Source of the DNA: the human T2T-CHM13v2.0 reference genome, Homo sapiens | Strand: one strand, 5' to 3' | DNA: 64,000 bases | Assembly: GCF_009914755.1 (NCBI RefSeq) | Contig: NC_060929.1 | Part shown: positions 61,273 through 64,000 of the stretch, one piece after another | How the letters are laid out: each line of letters begins with the position of its first letter | How positions within the stretch are numbered: the stretch's first letter is position 1 | Made by a program: the position numbers and the translations under genes | Notes under the pieces: generated by a model | The model's database searches: none | The model's input: only the letters and a program-made list of their open reading frames with translations | Told to the model about the DNA's origin: nothing

Positions 61273-62397
61273 CTTTTAGGGAGAAAAACAGAAGAACAGG
61301 GAGATGGTAAAAGACCAGTCAGACGGGGTCCATATTAGCCAAACTGATGACAAGCACCAGCCTAAGGATGTTGGCTGCCGTCTTGCTAATCATCTCCATG
61401 AGCCTCATCAGTCCCATCTCACAGATCAGGACACAGGCTCAGAGAGGCCACACAGCTCTTCAAAAGGCTTTCCCCTCCAGCTGCCTTTCTCTTGGCACTC
61501 AGAGCATGCTGGTCTGACCTGGGGCCTCCCTGTTTCTAGGTCCGTTCTGTTGGCACAGGGAGATGGATTTCTACCACGACTCTAAATCCAGTCAGTACAA
61601 GGACTTCGTTGTGTTTTAGAATCACCTTTGGTTTTAATCAGAAGCAGCCTCAACTCAGCCCTTGAATGAAGCTCTTTAGAAGGTGATGGTGAGGAAAATA
61701 CAGCCTGGGTCAGCTGGGGAGGGGGATCCTGGGGAGGGGGGTGCTGGGGAGGGTGGGTGCTAGGTCCTGAAGCCACACGTCTAGGCCTCCTGGCCCAAGA
61801 ATGGGAAGAATCCTCATCGCACGTGGTGCCCACCCTCCAGGCCTGCTGGGGGAGTGGTCAGATTGCAGGGTCCCCTACTGGGCACAGCTAGACCGTGGGT
61901 CTGGCCCGAGGGCCATGGTCAGGCTGGTGCTCCAGACTTGCCTTTGGCTCAACGCTTGCAGTTTGGAGCTGGGGTCTCCCATTTTCTGGCTTTGAGACCC
62001 TTGGCAAGACACCATGCTTCTGATCTGCGAGACCAGTGAATGAAGAGCGGGTGTGGAGGATGCATGTGAGCCTGCGTGTGCAGAGCCCTGGGCAGGGCTG
62101 GGAGGGTGCAGGGTGTGGAACGCATATCTTGTCAAAGGTAGCCTACAAGCCTCCGGCTCCTGGTTCACAGACACTCACTCAATCTGGAAACATGCCCCTA
62201 TACAAGGCCCTGGAGCAACTGGCCTCTTGTCTTTCTGGAATCATCGCTGACTGGCAACCAGGACTAACGGGCTCTAGAGGCAGGGAGGAGCCTTCCCACC
62301 CACCAGGAGATGCTGCAGTGCAGGTGCGGTGATGTTAGGGCCCAGTCTTGGTCAGAACTCTCCAGAAATGTCTACTGTGGGCTCCAGTGGAGCCTAC

Positions 62398-62504
62398 CTG
62401 GTTCATCTTGGGAAGATCCTTAATCGTCTCCTTCTGAGCCTCTTTCTCCTTGGCCCACATTCGAAGGTAGTGCCGATAGTCCGGAGAGCTGGTCCCCTTC
62501 TCCT
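62398..62504 (-). CDS. TBC1D9B: TBC1D9B penultimate coding exon
   Basis: (E)EKGTSSPDYRHYLRMWAKEKEAQKETIKDLPKMNQ; 107 nt; CTGCAG| and CAG|GTAGGC. Confidence 0.92.
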
Positions 62505-62981
62505 CTGCAGGTTAGGAGGAAAGAGATTAATCTTTGTCATGTGAGACGGCTGCGGGCTGACAGCAGGGAGAGGAAGAGTTGGGTGTTTTCTGGCATGGAG
62601 TTACCAGGGCCCTATCATAAAACACCCTGGCGTTTGGGAAGGTGGTCATGGGAAAAAAACCCAGAACAGCCACAGGTTTTCCCTAAATTGCTGCAGTGGT
62701 TGGACCTAAGCTGATGACAATGATCCACAATGTCTTCTCTCAGATGGGGAGTCACAGGGCAGCTGGAGAGAAGCTGGCAAGAGAGGGCTGGCTGGGTGCC
62801 CGTGGGGCTGGTGGAGAGCGTGGAGCCTCCTGTGCATCCCGAGGCCTGCTCCCTGATCGGGGGACGCATCCGCCATCTCCCGGGGTAGGGGGCTCCCTGG
62901 CAGTGACTGGGGAAAAGACCAGCAAGCAAGGGTGCCTCAACGCTGGGGTCTCTAAGAACAGCGGCAGAGAATGGCCTGTAC

Positions 62982-63032
62982 CTCCTCTCTCCTCACTTCC
63001 ACTTCCTTCTTGCTCTTCCTGTGGTAGTGCTT
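62982..63032 (-). CDS. TBC1D9B: TBC1D9B 51-nt cassette exon
   Basis: (E)ALPQEEQEGSGSEERG(E); acceptor TTTGTCCAG|, donor GAG|GTACAG; symmetric phase 1. Confidence 0.8.
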
Positions 63033-64000
63033 CTGGACAAACGCAAAAATAAAAAGAACATGAATAACATTCTGCTGTTGGGACTGCAAGCTCCTGGGGT
63101 CCTTGAGATGTAGTCTGTGTTTCTGTACAGCCAGCCCCAGGCCAGGCCCTGGGGAGCAGGTCTCCCATGCCACACCTCCTGCCTGGCCCGCCCAGCCCCG
63201 CCCTATGGCACCAGAGCAAAAGGGCCTGAGCATTCCCTCACTTGGTCAGGTTAAAATAAAGGCCGCCAAACCCTCAATTCCTTTTTTCAAATGAATACAA
63301 GTCTCAACATGCTGGTTTTGACGTGAACAATGATGAGGGCTATAGACCAGTCTGAGGACTAACGAATTCTATAGTTCCTGCTAGAACTCAGGGGAACCCT
63401 AATGACCCCTTCCACCCGCGCCTGCTGTGCCTGTTACTGAGGGGTGGTCTGTGCACAGCTCCTGTGCTTGGTGCAGCGTTTCGGGGAGGACATTTGCCGG
63501 AACTGGCGCGCACTATACTCCCTGCGTGGGAACATGCACCTGGGGAGAGAAGCAGCCGACCAGCTCTCCTGGAGCTGTTCCCCAAAGGCAGTGTGGCTGG
63601 TGGGGGCACCTCAGGCAGGTCGGCAGCACCCCAGTTCTGAGCTGCTCTCGCTGGCTGTCTGGTGGCAGTGAAGGGCACACCTCTCTGGGCTCAGGCAACT
63701 CACCCTGGAATGGAGGCCCTGCTTCCTGGGGGCCACATGCGGTCTGAGGCCAGGGCTCTGCACCAACATGCCGCTCCCAGAAGCATGCGGGACAAGCCTA
63801 GAGTGGCCTGCTGGTTCCATGTACAACAGAAGGTGTACCTGCTTCTGTAGTTTCTGTCCTTGAAATCAAGGTCCTCAAGCTCAAGTCAGCCTCTGCCACT
63901 GTCACCAGGACTGCCATGGGCATCTTGGTACACACTATTTTTGGTTCTCTTTTGAGTCGGTTCCTTGGTGTGCATTATCCCCCATGTGAAACCACCAGGT

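Overview
Human (primate) genomic DNA that I recognise as the chr5q35.3 MGAT4B-SQSTM1-MRNIP-TBC1D9B locus. It contains MGAT4B coding exon 1 (minus strand, CpG island), all 8 coding exons of SQSTM1/p62 (plus; the exons sum to 1323 nt = 440 aa + stop), all 7 coding exons of MRNIP/C5orf45 (minus; 1032 nt = 343 aa + stop) and the last three coding exons plus 3' UTR of TBC1D9B (minus). The region is very Alu-rich and also carries an L1PA 3' fragment with TSD, a MER61-like ERV LTR with PBS, an SVA in SQSTM1 intron 7, a tailless 7SK pseudogene, a 26 x 50-bp VNTR and DNA-transposon remnants. I find no prokaryotic-type system and no CRISPR array, and I cannot support a wholly new biological system. The most notable signals are: (1) two consecutive GC-AG introns in SQSTM1 around the LIR/KIR exon, with a competing GT donor inside the KIR; (2) an ERV-derived 109-nt exon that could link the MGAT4B promoter to a PB1-truncated p62; (3) a 70-bp intron segment copied into the MGAT4B CpG island; (4) sense/antisense 3' overlap of SQSTM1 and MRNIP; (5) a structured, E-box-bearing VNTR. 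Repeat family names and boundaries are by eye and from memory, not from a search.
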